From NCBI GenBank assembly GCA_041634935.1, contig JBFJKO010000001.1, positions 1 through 39,102 of the forward strand: 39,102 bases of DNA. The letters are read 5' to 3'. This document shows positions 10,040 through 19,100 of this stretch, piece by piece (within the stretch, counting starts at the first letter, position 1; each line of letters opens with the position of its first letter). This DNA is from Nocardioides sp. Its GTDB lineage: Bacteria > Actinomycetota > Actinomycetes > Propionibacteriales > Nocardioidaceae. The notes under the pieces were generated by a model. That model worked only from the letters and a program-made list of their open reading frames with translations. It was not told the DNA's origin and did no database searches. The translations under genes and the position numbers were made by a program.

Positions 10040-10981
10040 TTGTCGAACCCCTCGCAGTCGAGCCCGGGGCCCGGGGGGGCGGGGGGTTAACGCCCCCCCC
10101 GCCGCGAGGCCAACATCCGGTGCCAGCGCTGCAGCCGGTCGATCTGTCCCGACTGCATGCGTGACGCCTCGGTGGGCTTCCAGTGCCCCGACTGCGTCAA
10201 GGAGGGGGCCAAGGCGACGCGCAGCGGCCGTACGGCGTACGGCGGCACCCGCTCCGACAACCCGGCGCTGACCTCGCAGGTCCTGATCGCCCTCAACGTC
10301 GCCGTCTGGGTGGGCGTCCTGGTCACCGGCTGGAACGAGAGCCGGCTCATCCCCCGCCTGGCCCTGCTGCCGCGCGGGCTCTGTGAGTCGATCGCCGAGC
10401 CGGGCGCCTTCTACGGCGCGGCCGTCGAGGCCGCCTGTCGCGGCGGCGACGCCCGCTGGGTGTCCGGCGTCTCCGACGGCGCCTACTGGCAGCTCGTCAC
10501 GAGCATGTTCCTGCACGTCGAGATCTGGCACCTCGCCGCCAACATGCTCGCGCTCTTCCTCCTCGGCCCGCAGATCGAGGCCGTGCTGGGCCGCGCGCGC
10601 TTCCTGGCGCTCTACCTCGTCTCCGGCCTCGCGGGTTCCGCGACGGTCTACTGGCTGGCGAGCGAGTTCGGGATCACCCTCGGCGCCTCCGGAGCCATCT
10701 ACGGCCTCTTCGCCGCCCTCGCCGTCATCGTCCACAAGATCGGGGGCGACCTGCGCAGCCTCGGCGGCCTGCTCCTCATCAACCTCGTCATCACCTTCGC
10801 CGTGCCCAACATCTCCTGGCAGGGCCACCTCGGTGGCTTCGTCGGCGGTGCGCTGATCACCGGCCTGCTCGTCTACGCCCCCAAGGGGCCCCGACGTCCG
10901 CGCGTCCAGTGGCTCGGCATCGCCGGCCTGGGCGTGCTGGTCCTGGCCGCGGTCGTGGCGCGCTCGGCCGTCCTCGGCTGA
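10040..10981 (+). CDS. Rhomboid intramembrane serine protease with N-terminal Zn-finger; in-frame TAA at 10088-10090 is probably a sequencing error
   Basis: HLAANM, GASGAIYG (catalytic Ser) and SWQGHLGG (catalytic His); the in-frame Cys cluster CQRC..ICPDC..FQCPDC begins upstream of the ATG at 10157; TTG at 10040 is in frame. Confidence 0.88.
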
Positions 10982-11011
10982 GCGGGCCCGCGCGCTCCTC
11001 CGACCGCGATC

Positions 11012-11092
11012 TTGTCCACAGCTGTGGAGAAACCGGTGGAGAACTACACGCGTGGAATTCGTTCCACAGTGTGTGGACAAGCCTGTGGATAA
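11012..11092. promoter_or_regulatory. Cluster of DnaA boxes outside oriC
   Basis: TTGTCCACA 11012-11020 (+); TTCTCCACA 11023-11031 (-); TTCTCCACC 11035-11043 (-); TTGTCCACA 11072-11080 (-); TTATCCACA 11084-11092 (-); one more TTGTGCACA at 11310-11318 (-). Confidence 0.85.
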
Positions 11093-11219
11093 CTTGGGTG
11101 ACCGGCTGCGACCTCGCGCTCCCAGGTGAGCGCCACCGCGCCGCAACCCGGGCGGGCGGGCCCGGCTCGCACAGGTGCCCGACTGGCGACTTCTGTCAAG
11201 CAGGGCGCGGAATCATCAC

Positions 11220-11274
11220 AATAAACCGGCACCGGTATCAGCACGCCCAGGGCGTACGACGGTCCGGTGCCGGT
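11220..11274 (-). terminator. Probable crgA terminator
   Basis: ACCGGCACCGG (11225-11235) pairs with CCGGTGCCGGT (11264-11274) around an inner ACGCC/GGCGT stem; followed by TTTATT on the minus strand. Confidence 0.55.
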
Positions 11275-11335
11275 CGAGGTGGAGCGGAGGCCTGCAGTCA
11301 CACGCAGGCTGTGCACAACGTTGTGTGCTGCGGGC

Positions 11336-11803
11336 TCACTCCCAGCGGGTGGCGAAGGTGAAGCCGACGGCCATGAAGCCGATCCCGACGATCAGGTTCT
11401 TCTGGCCGAGGTCGTCGAAGATCGGCACCACCGAGGTGTCGTTGGCGATCGCGTAGAACACGCAGATCCACGCCAGGCCGACCAGGAAGCACCCGAGCAT
11501 CCCGCCGACGACGCCACGGCCGCGGCCCAGCGGGGTCGAGGGGTGCGCGGAGATGACGAGACCGAGGAACAGGGCGCCGAAGCCGATCAGGTAGTTCCAG
11601 TCGCCGAGGTCCTGCAGGAAGGCCGGACCCTTGGCGCTGAGCGCCTCGCCGGCGTCGTTGAACTCGCCCTCGGGACGCACGCCGACGTAGTAGAAGATGA
11701 TCCAGGCGACGCCGAGCACCATCAGCGTCAGGGCGATCGCGAACCGGGCGCTCATGACCGGTCCCCGGTCGGGGTCGAAGGTCAGGTCCTTGGTCTTGGC
11801 CAC
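11336..11803 (-). CDS. crgA: Cell division protein CrgA (tandem-duplicated, 4-TM form)
   Basis: C-terminal GLAWICVFY..DLGQKNLIVGIGF..ATRW plus a second copy GVAWIIFYY..DLGDWNYLIGFG; lies between rhomboid and DUF881. Confidence 0.9.
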   Translation of the reverse strand: MAKTKDLTFDPDRGPVMSARFAIALTLMVLGVAWIIFYYVGVRPEGEFNDAGEALSAKGPAFLQDLGDWNYLIGFGALFLGLVISAHPSTPLGRGRGVVGGMLGCFLVGLAWICVFYAIANDTSVVPIFDDLGQKNLIVGIGFMAVGFTFATRWE

Positions 11804-11898
11804 GGGGTCGGTCCTCTTCTGGGGTATCGCCCGGCATCGGGGCTCCGGTGCTGATCGGCGACTTCGGTACTGCCGATCCGCGGGCTACCTTAGTGTGC

Positions 11899-12705
11899 GT
11901 GACCGGTTCCCACGCGCAGACCCCAGGGTCGACCCCCGGCGTCGGGATGTCGGGTCGCGCCGCGTCGAGCCGGCGCAGCGTGTGGCGCATCGGCACACCG
12001 GTGATGGTCCTGCTCAGCGGCGCGCTCTTCGCGGTCAGTGCCGCCAACTCCGACGGCACCGACCTGCGTCCGGGCCGCTACACCGACCTGGCCTCGCTGG
12101 TGCAGGCCGAGTCCGACGACTACGAGCGCCTCCAAAGTCGGGAGGGCGAGCTGCGGGCCCAGGTCGACCAGCTCGCCGCGAGCGTCGACGACGCGCAGGT
12201 GCAGCGCAAGCGCAAGCAGGCCGAGCAGCTGCGCGGACTGGCGGGCCTCGAGCCCGTCATCGGCACCGGCATCAGCGTGGTGCTGTCGGACGCCTCCTCC
12301 GACGTGCTCGACCGCGCCGTCGCCGACCCCGACCTCGACCTCGACCGCTACGTCGTCCACCAGCAGGACCTGCAGGCGGTCGTCAACGCGCTGTGGGCCG
12401 GTGGCGCGGCCGCGATCACCATGCAGGGCCAGCGGATCGTGACCACGACCGGCATCAAGTGCAACGGCAGCGCGGTGCGCCTGCAGGGCATCCCCTACCC
12501 GCAGCCCTACACGATCGAGGCCGTGGGCGACCCGGTCGCGCTCACCAGCGCCCTCGACCGCGACGCCGACGTGCTCAGCTTCCGCGCCGACGCGCTGCGC
12601 CCCGAGATCGGCGTCGGCTGGGAGCTCAGCCCCGAGGAGGCCGTCGAGGCCCCCGCCTACACCGGCCTGCTCGACATCACCTACGCCTCGCCCGTCACCA
12701 CCTGA
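11899..12705 (+). CDS. DUF881 family protein
   Basis: N-terminal TM, coiled coil, LAGLEPVIGTGISVVLSD, VHQQDLQAVVNALWAGGA, PYTIEAVGD. Confidence 0.92.
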   Translation: MTGSHAQTPGSTPGVGMSGRAASSRRSVWRIGTPVMVLLSGALFAVSAANSDGTDLRPGRYTDLASLVQAESDDYERLQSREGELRAQVDQLAASVDDAQVQRKRKQAEQLRGLAGLEPVIGTGISVVLSDASSDVLDRAVADPDLDLDRYVVHQQDLQAVVNALWAGGAAAITMQGQRIVTTTGIKCNGSAVRLQGIPYPQPYTIEAVGDPVALTSALDRDADVLSFRADALRPEIGVGWELSPEEAVEAPAYTGLLDITYASPVTT

Positions 12706-12733
12706 CGCCCCCTGACCGCGAAGCGTCGGGGGC
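12706..12733. terminator. GC-rich hairpin between convergent DUF881 and pknB
   Basis: CGCCCCC-T-GAC pairs with GTC-GGGGGCG; no U-tract. Confidence 0.45.
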
Positions 12734-12739
12734 GGACCG

Positions 12740-14611
12740 TCAGGGGCGAGCGGGCCGGCGAGGTGCGGCCGCGGCACCTTGCGGGGCAGCCGCGTCGGTC
12801 TGCCGGTCGGTGGGCTCGTCGGTCGGTTCCTCGGTCGGTTCCTCGGTTGGCTCCTCCGTGGGTTCCTCGGTGGGTTCCTCGGTCGGTTCCTCGGTGGGCT
12901 CCTCGTAGACCGACACGAAGATCGTCACGTCGCTGCCCTGGTCGAGCGTGGTGCCGGCCGCGGGCGACTGCAGGGTGACGGTGCCCTTCGGCTCCTCCGA
13001 GGCCGGGTCGTTCTGCACCACCGGCTGGAAGCCCTGGTCGATGATCTTCTGCTGCGCCGCCTGGGACTTGTCGCCCACGACGTCCGGCACGGCCTTGGGG
13101 CCCTGCGAGTAGACCAGCGTGATCGGGGTGTCCTCGCTGACCTCGGTGTTGGCCGCGGGGCTCTGCTCGAGCACCTGGTTCTTGTTCTCGTCCGACTCCA
13201 CCGAGCGCTGCGAGATGTCGGTGAACCCGGCCGCCTCGAGCTGCTGGACGGCGGTCTTGCGCGGCAGGTTGACCACCGGCGGCACCGAGACCATCGGCCG
13301 ACCGATGGAGACGACGAGGTCGACGACCGCGTCGGTGTCGACGAAGTCGTCGGCGCTCGGGGTCTGCTCGAGCACCAGACCGGACTCGATCTTGTCGTCG
13401 TTGCGGGTGGTGACCTCCCCGACGCTCAGTCCCGCGCTGCCGATGGCCAGCCGCGCGGCGGTCTCGTCGAGGTTGATGACGCTCGGCACCTGCACCTGCT
13501 CGGGGGAGTCGGGGAAGAGCGAGTCCTGCACGAGCAGGTAGCCCGCGACCAGGAGCGCGATCACGAGCAGGCCCAGCAGCACCCACAGGCCGGTGCGCGG
13601 CGGCGGCTCGTCGTCCACCGACGGCAGCAGCGCGGGCTCGGGGCGGCGCGGAGGGGTGGGTGCGACGACGGGGGTGACCTTGGTCGGGCCGTCGCCGGCC
13701 GGGACGGCGGCACCGGCCGCCACCGGAGCGGCTGCGGCCTCGACCGGGCGACCGACCAGGTAGCGCTCGATGTCGGCCCGCATCGCCCCGGCCGACTGGT
13801 AGCGGTCCTCGAGGCGCTTGGCGAGCGCCTTCATCACGATCGCGTCGATCTCGGGCGACAGGTCGGGGTCGTGCTCGGACGGCGGCACGGCCGGCTCGCG
13901 CACGTGCTGGTAGGCCACGGCCACCGGGCTGTCACCGACGAACGGCGGGCGCCCCGTGAGGAGCTCGTAGAGCAGGCAGCCGGCGGAGTAGACGTCGGAG
14001 CGCGAGTCGACCGTCTCGCCGCGGGCCTGCTCGGGGGAGAGGTACTGCGCGGTGCCGACCACGGCAGCCGTCTGGGTCATCGAGTTCGCGGCGTCGCTGA
14101 TGGCCCGGGCGATGCCGAAGTCCATCACCTTCACGTCGCCGGTGGGGGTCAGCATCACGTTGCCGGGCTTGATGTCGCGGTGGATGATCCCGGCCCGGTG
14201 GCTGTAGTCGAGCGCGGAGAGCACGCCGCTGGTGATCTCCAGGGCGCGCTCGGGGAGGATCTTGCGCCCCTCGCGCAGGATGTCGCGCAGGGTGCGCCCG
14301 GCGACGTGCTCCATCACGATGTAGGGCTGCGCGACGCCGGAGCCGTCCTCGGCCGGCTCCTCGCCGGTGTCGTAGACCGCGACGATCGCGGGGTGGTTGA
14401 GCGACGCCGACGACTGGGCCTCGCGGCGGAAGCGGGCCTGGAACGTCGCGTCGCTCGCCAGGTCGGTGCGCAGCCGCTTGACCGCGACGATCCGGCCGAG
14501 ACGGGAGTCGGTGCCCTTGCGGACCTCGGCCATGCCGCCGCGGCCGAGCAGCTCGCCGAGCTCGTAGCGGCCACCGATCAAGGTGGGCTTCGGTGCTCCT
14601 GCGTCGTTCAT
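12740..14611 (-). CDS. pknB: PASTA-domain Ser/Thr protein kinase PknB
   Basis: LGRGGMAEV, HRDIKPGN, DFGIAR, GTAQYLSPEQ; TM helix; three PASTA repeats; (EEPT)n tail. Confidence 0.97.
   Translation of the reverse strand: MNDAGAPKPTLIGGRYELGELLGRGGMAEVRKGTDSRLGRIVAVKRLRTDLASDATFQARFRREAQSSASLNHPAIVAVYDTGEEPAEDGSGVAQPYIVMEHVAGRTLRDILREGRKILPERALEITSGVLSALDYSHRAGIIHRDIKPGNVMLTPTGDVKVMDFGIARAISDAANSMTQTAAVVGTAQYLSPEQARGETVDSRSDVYSAGCLLYELLTGRPPFVGDSPVAVAYQHVREPAVPPSEHDPDLSPEIDAIVMKALAKRLEDRYQSAGAMRADIERYLVGRPVEAAAAPVAAGAAVPAGDGPTKVTPVVAPTPPRRPEPALLPSVDDEPPPRTGLWVLLGLLVIALLVAGYLLVQDSLFPDSPEQVQVPSVINLDETAARLAIGSAGLSVGEVTTRNDDKIESGLVLEQTPSADDFVDTDAVVDLVVSIGRPMVSVPPVVNLPRKTAVQQLEAAGFTDISQRSVESDENKNQVLEQSPAANTEVSEDTPITLVYSQGPKAVPDVVGDKSQAAQQKIIDQGFQPVVQNDPASEEPKGTVTLQSPAAGTTLDQGSDVTIFVSVYEEPTEEPTEEPTEEPTEEPTEEPTEEPTDEPTDRQTDAAAPQGAAAAPRRPARP
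12809..12904 (-). repeat. 12-bp tandem repeat encoding (EEPT)7-DEPT
   Basis: Eight units of consensus GGTSGGYTCCTC on the + strand. Confidence 0.9.
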
Positions 14612-14633
14612 CAGTGTCAGCTCTTCCTGGGGA

Positions 14634-16166
14634 CTACGGGTTGGTCAGCGCCGGGAGGGGTCCGGGCTCCTCCGTCGGGACGGGCGTGGGGGTCGGGGTC
14701 GGTGTGGGCGTCGGCGTGGGCGTGGGTGTCGGCTCCGGGGCGGTGCCGTAGTAGCTCACCGTGATGACGTCGTTGGGCTCGACGTCGCCCTCGGGATCGA
14801 TCCCGATGACCTGGCCGTCGCGGGTGGGGTCGTCGTTGCTCTGCTCGGCGCGCTGCACGCGCAGGTCGAGGTCGCGCAGCTCGGCCTCGACGTCGTCGAC
14901 CTGGCGGCCGACGTAGTCGCTCTCGTCGAGCTGGATCGACGGGTCCTCGGTGGGCGTCGGGGTCGGGGTGGGCTCCTCGCTCGGCTCCTCGGACGCCGTC
15001 TGGGTCGCGGTCGGGGTGGGCTCGGTGTCGACCGCGCTCGGGGTGTCGCCGTCGTCGTCCCCACCGGTCAGGAGCAGGGTGACCACGACGGCCAGCGCGA
15101 TGAGCAGCACGACCGCCGCCACGATGGGTCCGACGGCGCTCTGCTGCGGGACGGTGGTGGCACCGGTCGACGTGGTCACCGGACCCGTCAGGGGACCTGT
15201 CGTGGGGCCCGTCACGGGGGCAGCCACCGGGCCCGGGACCCCCATCACCTGGGTGCGGGGCTCGTCGGGCTCGGGCGTGGCGACCGGTACGACGCGCGGT
15301 GGGGTCGGCACGGCGGCCGTCGACGGGTTGCGCAGCGCCGCCGCGAACGCGGCCCCGTCGGCGTACCGCTCGCCGGGGTCCTTGGCCAGCGCGGTGCGCA
15401 CGACACCGGCGAGGTCGGCCGGCACGCTCGCGGGCAGGGCGGGGATCGGTTCGCGGATGTGCGCCAGCGCGGTGGCGACGGGCGAGTCGGCGTCGAAGGG
15501 ACGGCGTCCGGCCAGGCACTCGAAGGCGACGACGCCGAGGCTGTAGACGTCGGAGGCGATCGTGGCCGGTCGGCCCTCGGCCTGCTCGGGGGAGAGGTAC
15601 TGCGGGGTGCCCATCACGGCGCCGGTGCGGGTGATCTGGGCGCCGTCGGCGGCGCGGGCGATGCCGAAGTCGGTGACCTTCACCTTGCCGTCGGGGGTGA
15701 CGATGAGGTTGGCGGGCTTGACGTCGCGGTGGATGATCTGGGCGCGGTGAGCGGCCCCGAGGGCGTCGCCGACCTGGGCGAGCAGGTCGCGCACGGCGAC
15801 CGGGTCGAGGTCGCGGCCCTGCGACAGGAGCGCGGAGAGCGGCTGACCCTCGACGAGCTCCATCACGAGGTAGGGGCGCGGGTGCGCGTCGCCGCCGCTG
15901 CCGCCACCGGCGCGCTCGCCCACGTCGAAGACGGCCGCGATGCCGGGGTGGTGCAGCGCAGCCGCGTGGCGGGCCTCGGTCTCGAAGCGGCTGCGGAAGA
16001 CGGGGTCGTCGGCGTACTCGGCCTTGAGCAGCTTGACCGCCACGACGCGGCCGAGGACGGTGTCGGTGCCCCGCCAGACCTCGCCCATCCCCCCGGTGGC
16101 GATCCGGGAGTCGAGGCGGTAGCGCCGGGCGTCGTCGGCGAACGTGGGCTCGGGCGTCTGGGTCAT
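14634..16166 (-). CDS. pknA: Ser/Thr protein kinase PknA
   Basis: IATGGMGEVW, HRDVKPAN, DFGIAR, GTPQYLSPEQ; TM; extracellular PASTA-like segment flanked by PT repeats; lies between pbpA and pknB. Confidence 0.93.
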   Translation of the reverse strand: MTQTPEPTFADDARRYRLDSRIATGGMGEVWRGTDTVLGRVVAVKLLKAEYADDPVFRSRFETEARHAAALHHPGIAAVFDVGERAGGGSGGDAHPRPYLVMELVEGQPLSALLSQGRDLDPVAVRDLLAQVGDALGAAHRAQIIHRDVKPANLIVTPDGKVKVTDFGIARAADGAQITRTGAVMGTPQYLSPEQAEGRPATIASDVYSLGVVAFECLAGRRPFDADSPVATALAHIREPIPALPASVPADLAGVVRTALAKDPGERYADGAAFAAALRNPSTAAVPTPPRVVPVATPEPDEPRTQVMGVPGPVAAPVTGPTTGPLTGPVTTSTGATTVPQQSAVGPIVAAVVLLIALAVVVTLLLTGGDDDGDTPSAVDTEPTPTATQTASEEPSEEPTPTPTPTEDPSIQLDESDYVGRQVDDVEAELRDLDLRVQRAEQSNDDPTRDGQVIGIDPEGDVEPNDVITVSYYGTAPEPTPTPTPTPTPTPTPTPVPTEEPGPLPALTNP

Positions 16167-16185
16167 CGTGGGTCACCTGTCGTCG

Positions 16186-17646
16186 TCACGAGATGAGGGC
16201 CTCCATCACGGCTTTCGCGATCGGACCGCCGAGTCGTCCGCCCGCGATCTCCTGGCCGGGGGCCTCCTCGATCATGACGGCCACCGCCACCTTGGCGTCG
16301 GTGGCCGGCGCGAAGGAGATGAACCACGCGTACGGCGGCTGGCCCTCGACGCCGCGCTGGGCGGTGCCGGTCTTGCCGCCCACCGCGATGTTGGGGATGG
16401 CGGCCGGTGAGGCGGTGCCGTCGTCAACGGTCGAGACCATCAGGTCGACGAGGACGTCGGCGGTCTTCGGGCTGATCGCCTCGCTCAGCTCCTCGGGGTC
16501 GGCGGTGCGGGCGTCGTAGTCGGGCGACTGCACCTCGGAGACGAGGTAGGGCCGCATCACGACCCCGTCGTTGGCGACCGCGGCCGCGACCATCGCCATC
16601 TGCAGCGGTGTGGCCTGCACGTCGAACTGGCCGAAGCCGGCCTGGCCGAGCTCCGGCGGGGAGAGCGTGCTGGGGAACACCGACCGGGCCTGGCCGTTGA
16701 GGTCCTCGAGGTAGTCGGAGTTGAAGCCGAACTTCTCGGCGGTCTCGAGCATCGCTTCGGCGCCCACCTCGATCGCGAGCTGGGCGAAGGTGGTGTTGCA
16801 CGACTGCTCCATCGCGAGGCGCAGGGTGATCTCGTCGGTGCCGCAGTTGCGGCCCTCGTTGTCGATCACGCCGCTCTCGCCGCTGGTCTGCGGCAGCTGG
16901 AAGGTCGCGCCGCCCGGCACGAGGGAGTCGGCGGAGTCGTACTTGCCCGACTCCAGGGCGGCGGCCGCGGTGACGACCTTGAAGGTCGAGCCGGGGAAGA
17001 TGCGTGTCTGGATCGCCCGGTTGAGCAGTGGGTCGCCCTCGGCGGACTCCAGCGCGTCGTAGGCGTCGCTCACGGCACCGAAGTCGTGCGAGGCCAGGTC
17101 GTTGGGGTCGAAGGTCGGCAGCGAGACCATCGCCAGGATCTTGCCGGTGTCGGGCTCGAGGGCCACCACGGATCCCTCCACCCCTTCGCCGAGGGCCCGG
17201 AGGCCGTCGAAGGCGGCGCGCTGGGCCTTGGCGTTGATGGTCAGCTCGACGCTGCCGCCGCTCTGCTGCTCGTTGCTGACGAGGTCGACGAGGTTGCGCA
17301 CGAAGAACTGCGGGTCCTCGCCCGACAGGACGGCGTTCTGCGACGACTCCAGCCCGGTGGAGTCGCCGAACGTGAAGTAGCCGGTCAGGGGGGCGTACAT
17401 CAGCGGCTGCGGGTACTCGCGCTGGTACTCGAAGCGGTCGTCGGACGGCGTGCTCTGGGCCACCGGCGTGCGCCCGACCAGGATCGCGCCGCGCTCGCTG
17501 GAGTAGGAGGCCTGCTGGACGCGCTGGTTGCGCGGGTCCTCGTCGAGGGCACCCGCCCGCCAGAACTGCAGGTAGGTCGCGTTCGCCATCAGTGCCAGGA
17601 ACAGCACGAGGCAGAAGACCGCGACGGTGCGGATCGGCCGGTTCAT
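16186..17646 (-). CDS. pbpA: Class B penicillin-binding protein PbpA
   Basis: PGSTFK (SxxK), SCN (SxN), GKTGTAQ; N-terminal anchor; follows rodA. Confidence 0.96.
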   Translation of the reverse strand: MNRPIRTVAVFCLVLFLALMANATYLQFWRAGALDEDPRNQRVQQASYSSERGAILVGRTPVAQSTPSDDRFEYQREYPQPLMYAPLTGYFTFGDSTGLESSQNAVLSGEDPQFFVRNLVDLVSNEQQSGGSVELTINAKAQRAAFDGLRALGEGVEGSVVALEPDTGKILAMVSLPTFDPNDLASHDFGAVSDAYDALESAEGDPLLNRAIQTRIFPGSTFKVVTAAAALESGKYDSADSLVPGGATFQLPQTSGESGVIDNEGRNCGTDEITLRLAMEQSCNTTFAQLAIEVGAEAMLETAEKFGFNSDYLEDLNGQARSVFPSTLSPPELGQAGFGQFDVQATPLQMAMVAAAVANDGVVMRPYLVSEVQSPDYDARTADPEELSEAISPKTADVLVDLMVSTVDDGTASPAAIPNIAVGGKTGTAQRGVEGQPPYAWFISFAPATDAKVAVAVMIEEAPGQEIAGGRLGGPIAKAVMEALIS

Positions 17647-17680
17647 GAGGCACCCACCGGCGGGACGAGACGTGGGGTCA

Positions 17681-19093
17681 TCACAGCTTGATCACCTGCG
17701 TGGACTCGTCGTCGCTCGACTCCTCCTCCGCGGAGAGGTCGGGCACCGGGCGTCGGGCCTGGTCGGAGATGCGCAGCAGCAGGGCGATGATGACCCAGTT
17801 GGCCACCAGCGACGAGCCGCCGTACGACAGGAACGGGGTGGTCAGGCCGGTGAGCGGGATCAGGCGGGTGACGCCGCCGATGACGACGAAGACCTGCACG
17901 GCGAAGACGCTCGCGAGGCCGGTCGCCATCAGCTTGCCGAAGGAGTCGCGGGAGATGAGCGCGACGCGCAGGGCCCGCTCGACGATGAGGCCGTAGCAGA
18001 GCAGCACCGCGATGACCGCGGTCAGACCGAGCTCCTCGCCGATCGCGGCCATGATGAAGTCGCTCTCGGCATAGGTCACCCGGGTCGGGTCGCCCTCGCC
18101 GAAGCCGCGCCCGATCAGCCCGCCCCAGCCCATGCCGAACTGCGCCTCGACGATCTGGTCGGAGTACGGCGGCACCTGGTTGCGGTAGTACTCCATCGGG
18201 TTCAGCCAGATGTCCACGCGGTCCTGCACGTGGCTGGCCGTGCGCCACGCGCCGAGGGCCCCGGCGGCGAAGAGCGTCGCGCCGACGACGATCCAGCCCG
18301 GGCGCTCGGTGGCGACGTAGAGCATCACGAGGAAGAGACCGAAGAACAGCAGGCTCGAGCCGAGGTCGCGCTGGAAGACCAGGACGCCGAGGCTGAGCAG
18401 CCACATCGCGAGGATCGGGCCGAGGTCGCGCCCGCGCGGCAGGTCGACGAAGAGGACCCGCTTGCCGGCCAGCGCGAGCGCGTCGCGGTGGAGCACGAGG
18501 TAGCCGGCGAAGGCGACCACCAGCATCACCTTGGCGACCTCGCCCGGCTGGAGGCTGAACGGGCCGAGGTTGATCCAGATGCGGGCGCCGTTGATCTCGC
18601 GCCCGATGCCCGGGAGCACCGGGAGGAGGAGCAGGGCGATCGCGCCGAAGCCGATCGTGTAGGTGAACCGCGCCAGCACCCGGTGGTCACGCAGGAAGAC
18701 CAGGGTGCCGATGAACAGCAGGACGCCGAGGGTCATCCACACCAGCTGCTGCTGGGCGAAGTCGGTCTCCTTGCCGCGGGCGGCATAGCCGAGGTCGATG
18801 CGGTGGATGACGGCGAGGCCGAGCCCGTTGAGGGCGGCCACGAGCGGCAGCAGCACCGGGTCGGCGTACGGCGCCACGAGCCGGATGACGACGTGGGCCG
18901 CCACGACGAGCGCGGCGAGCCAGCCGCCGTACCCGATGAGGTCGGTCGGCACGCTGCCGTCGACGCCGATGCCCACGGCGGCGTAGCCACCCACCCCGAC
19001 CGCGAGCGCGAGGACGAGCAGGAACAGCTCTGCCCCGCGTCGTCGGCGGTGGACGAAGCCCATCAGCGTCGAGCTGGGTGTCATCAGGCTCAC
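17681..19093 (-). CDS. rodA: SEDS family glycosyltransferase RodA
   Basis: Multi-TM; NGARIWI, QPGEVAK, QRDLG, ESDFI, IPLTGLTTPFLSYGGSS; start is GTG 19093 or ATG 19084. Confidence 0.95.
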   Translation of the reverse strand: MSLMTPSSTLMGFVHRRRRGAELFLLVLALAVGVGGYAAVGIGVDGSVPTDLIGYGGWLAALVVAAHVVIRLVAPYADPVLLPLVAALNGLGLAVIHRIDLGYAARGKETDFAQQQLVWMTLGVLLFIGTLVFLRDHRVLARFTYTIGFGAIALLLLPVLPGIGREINGARIWINLGPFSLQPGEVAKVMLVVAFAGYLVLHRDALALAGKRVLFVDLPRGRDLGPILAMWLLSLGVLVFQRDLGSSLLFFGLFLVMLYVATERPGWIVVGATLFAAGALGAWRTASHVQDRVDIWLNPMEYYRNQVPPYSDQIVEAQFGMGWGGLIGRGFGEGDPTRVTYAESDFIMAAIGEELGLTAVIAVLLCYGLIVERALRVALISRDSFGKLMATGLASVFAVQVFVVIGGVTRLIPLTGLTTPFLSYGGSSLVANWVIIALLLRISDQARRPVPDLSAEEESSDDESTQVIKL

Positions 19094-19100
19094 CGGCGGA

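Noticed and set aside
11012-11092. DnaA-box cluster as oriC itself
   Set aside because: Actinobacterial oriC lies by dnaA-dnaN upstream of gyrB, outside this window; the cluster is short and lacks an extended AT-rich element.
11171-11199. Perfect TTGACA on the minus strand (11199-11194) as an antisense promoter
   Set aside because: No TANNNT hexamer at 16-19 nt spacing.
12809-12904. Tandem repeats here and at 8892-9089 as CRISPR arrays
   Set aside because: No unique spacers, unit lengths are multiples of three within coding frames, and there are no cas genes.
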